Below the pieces are notes generated by a model. It was not told the origin of the DNA and searched no databases. It saw only the letters and a list, made by a program, of their open reading frames with translations. Below, piece by piece: positions 26,495 through 36,102 of a stretch of 64,000 nt of DNA; position 1 is the stretch's first letter, and each line of letters starts with the position of its first letter. The translations under genes were made by a program, and so were the position numbers. The stretch covers positions 1,138 through 65,137 of the forward strand of contig JABSRH010000001.1 in the NCBI GenBank assembly GCA_013215175.1. The letters are read 5' to 3'. This DNA is from Parvularculaceae bacterium. Its GTDB lineage: Bacteria > Pseudomonadota > Alphaproteobacteria > Caulobacterales > Parvularculaceae.

Positions 26495-28312
26495 CTAAGC
26501 GTACCCGAAGTGTTTCACCCAAGGCTCAAGGACCGGCATCACTGGTTCTAACGTCGCTTGATAGTGTTCGAACCGGTACGTTGCTGACTGGTAGAGTGGC
26601 TTGGAGACTTGCGCAAAGCTCGCCGTACGGCTGGGCCGGTTCTGCGACTGGTGGAAATCCTCGAGTTGTTGTTCCCAAGTCAAACCCATCGCGCTCAACA
26701 TTGGTTCAACCGTGCTGTGAAGGTCCGTAACCAGATCTTCGTAACGGATGCGTGTGGCATTGAGGCCGATACGATCCTCAAGCACCGTGTAGAGCTTCAT
26801 CATGGCATCATAGGTGCGCGCGGTATCCTGGATCGTCAGATAGTTCGCGGTATGATGCGAGGGCTGATAATTCCTCATCCACGCGCTTAGCACGGCATCG
26901 CACGGATGGCGGAGCATGAAGAAGAACTTAGCTTCAGGAAAAAGGCGCTTCATCAGTCCGGCTTGAAGAAGTCCCGTCGCGTGACGGTCGATGACGGTTT
27001 TGTGGGTCCGCTCTGTCGATAGAGCTGGCTCGAGTTCGCGCCAGTAGAGCTTGCGCAATTCCTCCGCTGCCGTCTCATTCATGGCGCCAATTTGCGCCCG
27101 CCCACCGGGAATGATGTTCGCAGCTTGCTGCCAGCAGGCGTCTGCCGCGTTGGCTTCCTCGGCGATAGCGACCTGCGAATGGGTCCTGAGGATGGCATCG
27201 ATCAGTGTCGTGCCACTTCTTGGAAAACCGTTGATGAAGCAGAGGTTTGAACCGCCGCCGCTAGACCATTCCCCAGTAGACATGCTGTCGTACAGGCTGG
27301 TCGCTTCGGCTGTGTACCGAGTAAAGAGTTCCTTGTCCTTGCCGAAGCTGGCGTAGAGTTTTTTCTCTCGGCGATTGGCGTCGGCGAAGGCAGCCGCTGC
27401 TTCTTCGTGCCGACCTAGGCTAACCAAGCTTTGCGCCTCCACGAAGGCAGGCATCCAACTGGCATCGTTCGTGCTCTTGTTCGCTTTGAGAGCTTGCGCG
27501 ATTGTCAAAGCTTCTTCGTGCTGTCCTTGCTCATGCAGAATGGTGGCACGAAGGGCATCAGCCTGCGGAAAATCCGCTTGCTTAGCTTGAAGTGCAGACA
27601 GACATTGCAGTGCGTCGTCTCGCTGTTCCGCCCGTCGGAAAGCCTCAGCGAGGTGAATGGCCGTATTGGCATAGTCCGTAGGCGTTGAAGCCAGCGCAAC
27701 AGCGCGCTTGAGGACCGTAATAGCGTCGGCAGTGCTCCCCAACGAGACGAACGCCCGACCCATGTAAGTGAGTGTATCGCGGTGGTCGGCACGCAAATTG
27801 TTCGCTTGGTTCAATGCTGACAGGGCCTCGTCAAAGGCTCCTAGGCCGATCAAGAATCGCCCGAAATTGTGCCACGCTTCAAAGCGTTGTGGATCGAGCT
27901 GTACGGCGGATTGGAAGAACGCCTTGGCCTCTGCGTCGCGCCCCGCATTACCTGCAATGTAACCCAGTAAGTTCAGCGCCGTGACGTTCTCCGGCTCTTT
28001 CCTTTGCACGGCGAGGGCTAGCTTGTTCGCTTCGGCTTCGGCGCCGGTCTGAACCAAAAGTTCCGCAAGCTTTGTTTTCAGATCCGCATAGCCCGGATCA
28101 AGTTTCACGGCCTTGCGGTAGTGCCGAATGGCTTTCTTGAGATCCTGTTGTTGGGCGGCGATGAAGCCCAAATATTCATGGATTAGCGAGTGGGGCGCCA
28201 TCACTGACTTCAACCGGGTGAGCACTGGCTCCGCTTCGGCCAGCCGCCCTTGCGTGATCATCTGCCGAGCTTTGTTGAACTCTGCTTCGAAATCCAGTGC
28301 CGGTTGAGCCAT
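26495..28312 (-). CDS. TPR-repeat sulfotransferase family protein
   Basis: N-terminal TPRs, PAPS motif GFPRSGTTL, RHPCDAVLS, RYEDLV and TASFAQV. Confidence 0.9.
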   Translation of the reverse strand: MAQPALDFEAEFNKARQMITQGRLAEAEPVLTRLKSVMAPHSLIHEYLGFIAAQQQDLKKAIRHYRKAVKLDPGYADLKTKLAELLVQTGAEAEANKLALAVQRKEPENVTALNLLGYIAGNAGRDAEAKAFFQSAVQLDPQRFEAWHNFGRFLIGLGAFDEALSALNQANNLRADHRDTLTYMGRAFVSLGSTADAITVLKRAVALASTPTDYANTAIHLAEAFRRAEQRDDALQCLSALQAKQADFPQADALRATILHEQGQHEEALTIAQALKANKSTNDASWMPAFVEAQSLVSLGRHEEAAAAFADANRREKKLYASFGKDKELFTRYTAEATSLYDSMSTGEWSSGGGSNLCFINGFPRSGTTLIDAILRTHSQVAIAEEANAADACWQQAANIIPGGRAQIGAMNETAAEELRKLYWRELEPALSTERTHKTVIDRHATGLLQAGLMKRLFPEAKFFFMLRHPCDAVLSAWMRNYQPSHHTANYLTIQDTARTYDAMMKLYTVLEDRIGLNATRIRYEDLVTDLHSTVEPMLSAMGLTWEQQLEDFHQSQNRPSRTASFAQVSKPLYQSATYRFEHYQATLEPVMPVLEPWVKHFGYA

Positions 28313-28510
28313 CGCGTCGACCTTCCATCATGCCGTCAGCTCGCATCCTGGCGGCGCGGCTTAAAACGTGCGTGAAGATGAAGATGGCGTGAGTCGCTAA
28401 GTCTTGAGGGACCGTGCTGGCTCTTTCAGGGCATCCGAAAACAGAGCGGATGTTAAAGCAATCAGCGCAGGTGCTGTGCCTTCGCTGAAACAAAGACACA
28501 GCTGAAAGAG

Positions 28511-29695
28511 CTACGCCGCGGTGCGGGTCCGTCCCAACCACTGGCCGATCTGGCGGGCGGCCTGGCGAATGCGGTGCTCGTTTTCGACCAGCGCGATCCG
28601 CACGTGGCCTTCACCACCTTCGCCAAACCCGATGCCCGGGCTGACCACCACGCCAGCATTCGTCAGCAGGTCTTTGGCAAAGGCGAGGGAGTCTCGTCCA
28701 AACTGTTCCGGGATCGGCGCCCAAGCGAACATGCTGGCTTCCGGTGATGGGACCGGGAAGCCTGCCCGCCCAAACGCTTCGACCAGTACATCGCGGCGCG
28801 CTTTGTACGTTGCGCGCAACGACGAGGCGCAGAGCTCGCTCTCATCGAGGGCTGCTACGGCCGCCACTTGGATCGGCGTGAAGGCGCCGTAATCGAGGTA
28901 GGATTTCATGCGCGAAAGCGCGGCGCAGATCTTGGCGCTGCCCACGCAGAACCCCATCCGCCAGCCTGGCATGGAGAAGGTCTTCGACATGGAGGTGAAC
29001 TCGACGGCCACATCGCGCGCGCCATCGATCTCGAGGATCGACATGGGCGGCTCGTCGCCGAAGAAGATTTCCGCATAAGCCAGGTCGGAGATCAGGATCA
29101 GGTCATGCTTCTTCGCGAAGCGAACGGCCTCTTCGTAGAATTCCCGCGTGGCGACTTCTGACGTTGGGTTGCCGGGATAGTTCAGCACCATAGCCACAGG
29201 CTTACCGCCGACGCTGGTCATCGCTGCTTCAGCGGCACGGAAGAGGTTTTCGTCTGGCGTGCTAGGCATGTGCTTCACCAAGCCGCCCGCTAGTACAAAG
29301 CCGAACACGTGGATGGGATAGGACGGCGTGGGAACGAGCACCGCGTCGCCGGGCCGTGTGATCGCGCTCGCCAGCGTGGCGAAACCTTCCTTCGACCCGA
29401 GGGTCGCTACGACCTCCGTCGCTGGATCGAGCTCGACGTTGAAGCGCCGGGCATAATAACGGGCCTGCGCCTTCTTCAGGCCTTTGATGCCGCTGCTAGC
29501 CGAATAGCGGTGAGCGCGGGGGTTCCGAGCTGTTTCGCAGAGCTTATCCACGATAAAGTCCTGCGGAGGCAGGTCCGGATTGCCCATGCCGAAGTCCATC
29601 ACGTCTTCACCGGCCGCTCGCGCTTCGTCTTTCATCCGATTGACCTCGGCGAAGACATAAGGCGGCAGGCGCGAAGCGGTTTGGCGGTCGATCAT
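28511..29695 (-). CDS. Class I/II PLP aminotransferase (AlaC/LL-diaminopimelate aminotransferase-like)
   Basis: Motifs RLPPYVF, GMGNPD, GSKEG, DLAY and SMSKTFSMPGWR. Confidence 0.9.
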   Translation of the reverse strand: MIDRQTASRLPPYVFAEVNRMKDEARAAGEDVMDFGMGNPDLPPQDFIVDKLCETARNPRAHRYSASSGIKGLKKAQARYYARRFNVELDPATEVVATLGSKEGFATLASAITRPGDAVLVPTPSYPIHVFGFVLAGGLVKHMPSTPDENLFRAAEAAMTSVGGKPVAMVLNYPGNPTSEVATREFYEEAVRFAKKHDLILISDLAYAEIFFGDEPPMSILEIDGARDVAVEFTSMSKTFSMPGWRMGFCVGSAKICAALSRMKSYLDYGAFTPIQVAAVAALDESELCASSLRATYKARRDVLVEAFGRAGFPVPSPEASMFAWAPIPEQFGRDSLAFAKDLLTNAGVVVSPGIGFGEGGEGHVRIALVENEHRIRQAARQIGQWLGRTRTAA

Positions 29696-29774
29696 GGGCT
29701 CCTCAATCGATACTGGTGCGGCACAATGCTGCGTGAATGCGGTGGTACATGGCTGATCCTAGCTTACCAAGACA

Positions 29775-29805
29775 TTGACAGGGAGGATCATGTCGCGCTT
29801 ATAAC
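29775..29805 (+). promoter_or_regulatory. Putative housekeeping sigma70 promoter of gltDB
   Basis: TTGACA at 29775-29780 and GCTTATAAC at 29797-29805. Confidence 0.45.
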
Positions 29806-29883
29806 GCGCCGCACACAAAAGCGAGGCCGCCCTAACAGAAATGGGGGCTGACGCTCAATGTTTTCCTAAGCCAGAGGCATACC

Positions 29884-31350
29884 ATGTCGAAGATGCTGCG
29901 TTTTGTGGACGAACAACGTCGCCCGCCCGAAAAACGGGCCGCCGACGCGCGCAACAAAGACTTCCTCGAGATTGACGAAGGCTTCGCCACAGAAGAGGGC
30001 GCCGCTGGTGAAGTTCAGGCCTCGCGCTGTTCACAATGCGGTGTGCCGTTCTGCTCATCGGGTTGTCCGCTGGGGAACCACATTCCCGATTGGCTCCGCC
30101 TGAGTGCGGAGGGCGAATGGCAAGAAGCCTATCGGATGTCCTCCAGCACCTCGGCGCTGCCGGAAATCTGCGGCCGCATTTGCCCGCAAGACCGTCTTTG
30201 CGAGCAGGCTTGTGTCATCGAGCAATCGGGCCATGGCACCGTCACCATCGGCGCCATGGAGAAGACCATTGGCGACAAGGCATGGGACGAAGGCTGGGTT
30301 GAGCCCATCCGCCCGGCACAGGAGCTCGACGCCTCTGTCGGCATCATCGGGGCGGGGCCAGCTGGGCTCGCCGCCGCGGATCGTTTGCGCGAGCTGGGCT
30401 ATCAGGTGACGATTTACGATCGCTACGATCGGGCCGGCGGATTGCTGACTTATGGCATTCCTGGTTTCAAGCTCGAGAAGCCTGTCGTCATGCGTCGGGT
30501 CGAACGGCTGCAAGAAGCAGGCGTGGCTTTCGTTCAGAACGCTGACGTAGGCAGTGAGCTGCCCTTCGCTGAGGTGCGAGCGAAGCACGATGCGGTACTC
30601 ATCGCCACGGGTGTGTACAAGGCTCGTCAAGCGACCATGCCAGCGCCTGTTGGTGCGGTTATCCCTGCACTGAGCTATCTGACAGCTTCCAACCGTAAGG
30701 GCTTTGGTGATGAGGTGCCGCTATTCGAGAGCGGTGATCTGAACGCCGAGGGCAAGCGTGTGGCTGTGATCGGCGGCGGTGACACGGCCATGGACTGTGT
30801 CCGCACAGCGATCCGGCAGGGCGCCAAGTCCGTAAGCTGCCTTTATCGGCGCGACCGTGCGAACATGCCGGGCTCCGCCCGCGAAGTGCAGCACGCTGAA
30901 GAAGAGGGCGTTCAGTTCCGCTGGCTGACAAACCCGAAGGCGGTTGCTGCCAATAAGGACGGTAGCCTCGATCTCCGCACCGTGCAGATGCGCCTCGGGC
31001 CAAAGGACCGTACAGGACGCCAGCAGCCCGAAGAAACGAACAAAGAAGACAGCGTGGCTGTCGACATGGTCATCGCTGCGCTCGGCTTTGAACCTGAGGA
31101 TGTGGTGACAGCCTTCGGTTTGCCAAACTTAGAAGTCTCGCGTCGAGGCACGTTGCGCGTGGATGGTGAGACCTTCGAAACCGCTGAGCCCGGTGTCTTC
31201 GCCGCTGGAGATATCGTCCGTGGCGCGAGCTTAGTGGTTTGGGCCGTGCACGATGGCCAGAGAGCCGCTGCCGGCATCCACGAGCGGTTGAGCCAACCCG
31301 TCGCTACCGAGACCAACTCCGTATCCAACGCGGCTGAGGCCAACGCATGA
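29884..31350 (+). CDS. gltD: Glutamate synthase small subunit
   Basis: Motifs RCSQCGVPFC, GRICPQDRLCE, GAGPAG, GGGDTAMDC and AGDIVRGASLVVWA. Confidence 0.96.
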   Translation: MSKMLRFVDEQRRPPEKRAADARNKDFLEIDEGFATEEGAAGEVQASRCSQCGVPFCSSGCPLGNHIPDWLRLSAEGEWQEAYRMSSSTSALPEICGRICPQDRLCEQACVIEQSGHGTVTIGAMEKTIGDKAWDEGWVEPIRPAQELDASVGIIGAGPAGLAAADRLRELGYQVTIYDRYDRAGGLLTYGIPGFKLEKPVVMRRVERLQEAGVAFVQNADVGSELPFAEVRAKHDAVLIATGVYKARQATMPAPVGAVIPALSYLTASNRKGFGDEVPLFESGDLNAEGKRVAVIGGGDTAMDCVRTAIRQGAKSVSCLYRRDRANMPGSAREVQHAEEEGVQFRWLTNPKAVAANKDGSLDLRTVQMRLGPKDRTGRQQPEETNKEDSVAVDMVIAALGFEPEDVVTAFGLPNLEVSRRGTLRVDGETFETAEPGVFAAGDIVRGASLVVWAVHDGQRAAAGIHERLSQPVATETNSVSNAAEANA

Positions 31351-34300
31351 CCCGCATCCTGAAGAACCCTGAAACACCCATCGGTCTTTACGATCTGCGC
31401 GAAGAGCATGATGCATGCGGCGTTGGCGTGGTGGCGGCCATCGACGGCAGTCCACGTCGCGACGTGGTGACCCGGGCGATTGAAGCCCTGAAGAACGTTT
31501 GGCACCGCGGCGCTGTGGCCGCTGACGGTAAGACAGGCGATGGCGCGGGCCTTCGCATCGGCCTGCCTCAACAGTTCTTCCGCGCCGTTGTGCGTGAAAG
31601 TGGCCACGAGCCCGGCGATGCTGCCATCGGCGTCGGCATGGTGTTCTTGCCACGGACAGATTTCGCCGCCCAAGATCGTGCGCGAGCCGTCATCGAGTCC
31701 GAAATCCTAGCCTTCGGCTTCCGCCTCTTCGGTTGGCGCCAAGTGCCAATCGACGAGACTGTTATCGGCGATGAGGCGCGGGCGGTTCGCCCAGAGATCG
31801 AGCAGATCCTCTTCCGCGACGAACGCAACCGCTCTCAGCAAGAGGTGGCACGCGATCTTTTCATCGTCCGCCGGCGGATTGAAACGCGCGCCCTCGAGGA
31901 GCGTCTGCGTGAGGTCTATCTTTGCTCGCTGTCCATGGAAGATGTCATCTACAAAGGCATGTTCCGTGCTCAGGACATTGCAGAGTTTTACCACGACCTT
32001 CAGGACGAGCGCGTCAGCTCGGCCTTCGCGATCTTCCACCAGCGCTATTCGACCAACACGTTCCCCGAATGGCGGCTCGCGCAGCCGTTCCGCATGCTGG
32101 CGCACAATGGTGAGATTAACACCATCCGCGGCAACGTCCGTTGGATGGATAGCCACGAGCCTGAAATGGCGAGCCGCGCATTCGGCGAGCATGGCAGCGA
32201 CGTAAAGCCGGTGATCCAAGAGGGTTCCTCGGACTCGGCTGCTCTTGATGCCGTGTACGAATTGCTCGTCCGTGCGGGGCGCTCAGGCCCCATGGCGAAG
32301 GCCTTGCTGATGCCCGAAGCTTGGTCAAAGCGGGGCGAGGTCATGCGCACGGAAGTCCGTGCACTGTACGAATACTGCAATGCTGTGATGGAGCCGTGGG
32401 ACGGCCCCGCAGGCATCTGTGCGTTCGACGGCCGGTTTGTCGTGGCAGGCCTCGACCGCAATGGCCTGCGCCCGCTGCGCTATGCGCTGACGGCCGATGG
32501 TCTGCTCGCTGTGGGTTCAGAAACGGGCATGTGCCCGCTGACCAACGAAGAGGTGATCGAACGCGGCGCTGTGGCCGCTGGCGGCATGATCGCCGCTGAT
32601 CTGAGCACGGGCGAATTTTTGCGCCAGGACGACATCATCGATCGTCTGGTCACGGCACATCCGTATAAAGAATGGCTCGGCAATGTGATCGAGCTCGACG
32701 ACGAATTGGCTGATGGTCCTGAGCCCCAACTCTTCGAAGCGCAGGAGCTTCGCCGTCGTCAGCGCTTGGCGTCGCTCACGCAAGAAGACCTCGAACTGAT
32801 CCTTCGCCCGATGGCGGAAACGGGCAAAGAAGCCATCGGCTCCATGGGCGATGACACGCCCCTTGCGGTTCTGTCGCAGAAATACCGTCCGTTACCGCAC
32901 TTTTTCCGGCAGCGCTTTAGTCAGGTGACGAACCCGCCGATCGACCCTCTTCGCGAGGGTCGAGTGATGAGCTTGAAGACGCGCTTTAAGAACCTAGGCA
33001 ACATCCTAGCGGAAGATGAGACGCAAACAGACGTTTTCGTTCTCGACAGCCCGATCCTCACCAACGGGATGTACGCGCGGCTCGCTGATAAGCCTGAGCT
33101 CTCCACGGCTGTGGTCGACTGCACCTTCGCTATCGCCGATAGCGGACAATCGTCCGGTCGCGTCATTGAAGAGGCGCTGGATAAGGTAGCGGCCGACGCC
33201 GTCATGGCCGTTCGCAACGGCTCGGCCCACATCGTGCTGAGCGACGAGGCCATCAGCGCCGATCGCATGGGTTTGCCCATGGTTTTGGCAACGTCGCATG
33301 TCCATTCCGCTCTTATTGGCGCTGAGCTCCGATCTTCCTGTTCGATCACGGTGCGGAGCGCTGAAACCGTCGACAGCCACGCATGCGCCGTCCTCATTGG
33401 CGTTGGTGCAACGGCGGTGAACCCTTACGTCGCGATCGAGTCACTGGGCGCGCAGAAAGCCAAGGGCCTTTACCCTTCGCGCGAGCTGCATGACCTTGCA
33501 CAGAGCTACAAGGCCGCACTTGATGCAGGCCTCCTGAAAATCCTCTCTAAGATGGGTGTGTCGGTGATTTCCTCCTACCGCGGAGGGATGAACTTCGAGG
33601 TGCTAGGTCTCTCGCGTAGCCTCGTGGATGCGTACTTCCCCGGCATGGCCAGCCGGCTATCAGGTCTTGGCCTAGCAGGCATCGAGACGAAGCTCCGTGA
33701 ACTGCATGCTGATGCGTACAAGACGGACATCTCTCCGCTCGCCGTGGGTGGTTTCTATCGCGTACGTCAGGGTGGCGAGGACCACGCCTACGAAGCCAAG
33801 ATGATCAGTGCGCTCCAGCGTGCCGTCCGCGAAGATGACGAAGACGCCTATCGCGAGTTCAGCAAGCTGAACGGCAAAGGTGAGCCCTCGCAGTTGCGTG
33901 ATCTCCTCGACTTCCGCGAGCAGCACGGCATTCCCCTGGACGAGGTGGAGAGCGCGAACGCGATCCGTCAGCGCTTCCTCACGCCTGGCATGTCGCTTGG
34001 CGCCCTGTCACCCGAAGCTCACGGCGCGCTCAACGCTGCCATGAACCGTATCGGCGCGAAGTCCGTATCGGGCGAAGGTGGCGAAGACCCCTCTCGGTAC
34101 AAACCAACGCCGAGCGGCGACAATTACAACTCAGCCGTGAAGCAGATCGCTTCTGGCCGATTTGGTGTGACCGCTGAGTATCTCAATCAGTGCCGCGAGA
34201 TCGAAATCAAAGTCGCCCAGGGCGCTAAGCCGGGCGAGGGCGGTCAGCTGCCCGGCTTCAAGGTCACCGAGTTTGTCGCCAAGATGCGACACTCGAAACC

Positions 34301-35828
34301 CGGCGTCACGCTGATTTCGCCACCGCCTCACCATGATATCTACTCCATTGAGGATTTGGCGCAGCTCATCTTCGACCTGAAGCAGGTCAATCCGTCTGCA
34401 CGGGTCTGCGTCAAGCTCGTCGCTTCAGCGGGCGTGGGCACGATCGCGGCCGGTGTCGCGAAGGGCAAAGCGGACGTCATCCTCATTTCTGGCAATGTCG
34501 GCGGCACGGGCGCCAGCCCGCAGACTTCGATCAAGTTCGCCGGAAGTCCCTGGGAGCTCGGCCTCGCTGAGGTGAACCAGGTGCTTTCGCTGAATGGCCT
34601 ACGCAACAACGTCACTTTGCGCACCGATGGTGGCATCAAGACGGGCCGCGACGTGGTCATGGCGGCCATGCTGGGTGCGGAGGAATATGGCCTCGGCACG
34701 CTCAGCCTCGTGGCCATGGGCTGCTTGATGGTGCGCCAGTGCCACTCGAATACCTGCCCGGTGGGTATCTGTACCCAAAACGCCAGCCTGCGTGAGCACT
34801 TCACCGGCAAGCCTGAGCATGTCGTCCGCCTGATGACATTTATCGCCGAGGAGGTGCGCGAGATCCTCGCGTCACTCGGTATGCGCAGCCTCGATGAAGT
34901 GATTGGACGCTCGGACTTGCTCCGGCAAGCGAGCCGCGGTTCAGCGATGCTGGACGACCTCGACCTCGGTCCTCTGCTGGTCCGCACTGACGCCAGCGAC
35001 AGGCCGCCAGTCCGCAATCGCAAGGGGCGGCAGGACCCAGGCCATTCGCTCGACGAGCAAATCCTCGGTGACGCCGCGGCCACGTTTGAACGCCGAGAAA
35101 AACTCCAACTGACGTACACGGTCAGAAATACAGATCGCGCCGTTGGTACGCAGGTCTCGGGCCAGATGGCGCGCTCGTTCGGTCCAGAGGGCCTTCCCGA
35201 TGGCCACCTCTCACTCCTGCTGCGCGGTTCGGCAGGCCAGTCGCTCGGTGCCTTTGGTATGAAGGGGCTATCGATCGACGTGACAGGCGATGCCAACGAT
35301 TACGTGGGTAAGGGGCTGTCAGGTGCCGTGCTGTCGGTACGGCCGCCACGCGGTGAGGTGCTCACCACGCCAAGCCTTGTCGGCAACACCTGCCTCTATG
35401 GGGCAACCTCCGGCTCGCTCTTTGTCGCTGGCCGTGCTGGTGAGCGTTTCGCCGTCAGGAATTCCGGCGCCACGGCGGTGGTTGAGGGCTGCGGCAACAA
35501 TGGCTGCGAGTACATGACGGGCGGTGCCGTGCTGATCCTTGGAGAAGTGGGCGACAACTTCGCTGCGGGCATGACCGGTGGGATCGCCTTCATTCTCGAT
35601 CGTGATGACACGGCCAGCCTGTTCCACAACCCTGAGACCACGACCATGGGCGCCCTCGGCGCAGACGAGGCCCAGTGCCGAGACCTGCTAGAGCGTCACG
35701 TTTTGGCCACGGGTTCAGAGCTTGGAGCTGCGTTGCTGCCCGACTGGACGAACGTCGCCACGTCGATCCGAACTGTGCGTCCGCGGGCCGATGTAGTGGA
35801 TTCGTCTGTTGTGACCGCCCAGCGTTAA
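31347..35828 (+). CDS. gltB: Glutamate synthase large subunit
   Basis: Motifs EHDACGVG, HQRYSTNT, AQGAKPGEGGQL, CHSNTCPVG and GXGXG repeats. Confidence 0.97.
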   Translation: MTRILKNPETPIGLYDLREEHDACGVGVVAAIDGSPRRDVVTRAIEALKNVWHRGAVAADGKTGDGAGLRIGLPQQFFRAVVRESGHEPGDAAIGVGMVFLPRTDFAAQDRARAVIESEILAFGFRLFGWRQVPIDETVIGDEARAVRPEIEQILFRDERNRSQQEVARDLFIVRRRIETRALEERLREVYLCSLSMEDVIYKGMFRAQDIAEFYHDLQDERVSSAFAIFHQRYSTNTFPEWRLAQPFRMLAHNGEINTIRGNVRWMDSHEPEMASRAFGEHGSDVKPVIQEGSSDSAALDAVYELLVRAGRSGPMAKALLMPEAWSKRGEVMRTEVRALYEYCNAVMEPWDGPAGICAFDGRFVVAGLDRNGLRPLRYALTADGLLAVGSETGMCPLTNEEVIERGAVAAGGMIAADLSTGEFLRQDDIIDRLVTAHPYKEWLGNVIELDDELADGPEPQLFEAQELRRRQRLASLTQEDLELILRPMAETGKEAIGSMGDDTPLAVLSQKYRPLPHFFRQRFSQVTNPPIDPLREGRVMSLKTRFKNLGNILAEDETQTDVFVLDSPILTNGMYARLADKPELSTAVVDCTFAIADSGQSSGRVIEEALDKVAADAVMAVRNGSAHIVLSDEAISADRMGLPMVLATSHVHSALIGAELRSSCSITVRSAETVDSHACAVLIGVGATAVNPYVAIESLGAQKAKGLYPSRELHDLAQSYKAALDAGLLKILSKMGVSVISSYRGGMNFEVLGLSRSLVDAYFPGMASRLSGLGLAGIETKLRELHADAYKTDISPLAVGGFYRVRQGGEDHAYEAKMISALQRAVREDDEDAYREFSKLNGKGEPSQLRDLLDFREQHGIPLDEVESANAIRQRFLTPGMSLGALSPEAHGALNAAMNRIGAKSVSGEGGEDPSRYKPTPSGDNYNSAVKQIASGRFGVTAEYLNQCREIEIKVAQGAKPGEGGQLPGFKVTEFVAKMRHSKPGVTLISPPPHHDIYSIEDLAQLIFDLKQVNPSARVCVKLVASAGVGTIAAGVAKGKADVILISGNVGGTGASPQTSIKFAGSPWELGLAEVNQVLSLNGLRNNVTLRTDGGIKTGRDVVMAAMLGAEEYGLGTLSLVAMGCLMVRQCHSNTCPVGICTQNASLREHFTGKPEHVVRLMTFIAEEVREILASLGMRSLDEVIGRSDLLRQASRGSAMLDDLDLGPLLVRTDASDRPPVRNRKGRQDPGHSLDEQILGDAAATFERREKLQLTYTVRNTDRAVGTQVSGQMARSFGPEGLPDGHLSLLLRGSAGQSLGAFGMKGLSIDVTGDANDYVGKGLSGAVLSVRPPRGEVLTTPSLVGNTCLYGATSGSLFVAGRAGERFAVRNSGATAVVEGCGNNGCEYMTGGAVLILGEVGDNFAAGMTGGIAFILDRDDTASLFHNPETTTMGALGADEAQCRDLLERHVLATGSELGAALLPDWTNVATSIRTVRPRADVVDSSVVTAQR

Positions 35829-35927
35829 AAGCATCTCGCGATAATTAGGACTTCATTAGGTATAAAAGTCCAAAATTTGGGTTCACAAACGTTGATTTTG
35901 GTGTATAGGGCGCCATAGGAGTTAACG

Positions 35928-36032
35928 ATGAACACGTTGAGCAACATTGCCACTGGTGTCGTCCTTCGCGTTGTCGCGAAGCTCCTTCCGCTCGTCGTCC
36001 TTATTATCAACAGCCCAAGGGAGCGGCGCTGA
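35928..36032 (+). CDS. ilv/leu operon leader peptide (34 aa)
   Basis: AGGAG RBS, then [34 protein letters not shown], which has 6 Leu, 6 Val and 3 Ile. Not in the ORF track. Confidence 0.88.
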   Translation: MNTLSNIATGVVLRVVAKLLPLVVLIINSPRERR

Positions 36033-36060
36033 CGCCAGCCACATGGCTAAAGGTCTTGCG

Positions 36061-36088
36061 AAGCTCCCGGTCTCGGGGGCTTTTTTTT
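36061..36088 (+). terminator. Attenuator terminator of the ilv/leu leader
   Basis: AAGCTCCCG-GTCT-CGGGGGCTT merging into a T8 run, between the leader stop and ilvD. Confidence 0.88.
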
Positions 36089-36102
36089 CGCGCCGACAAC
36101 AT

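Noticed and set aside
28420-28511. Hammerhead ribozyme or tRNA interpretation of the three-stem element
   Set aside because: There is no CUGANGA core in the junction and no T-loop/anticodon geometry or CCA end.
35947-36102. 52-aa N-terminal extension of IlvD in the ORF track
   Set aside because: It spans the leader peptide and terminator. IlvD similarity begins at ATG 36103.
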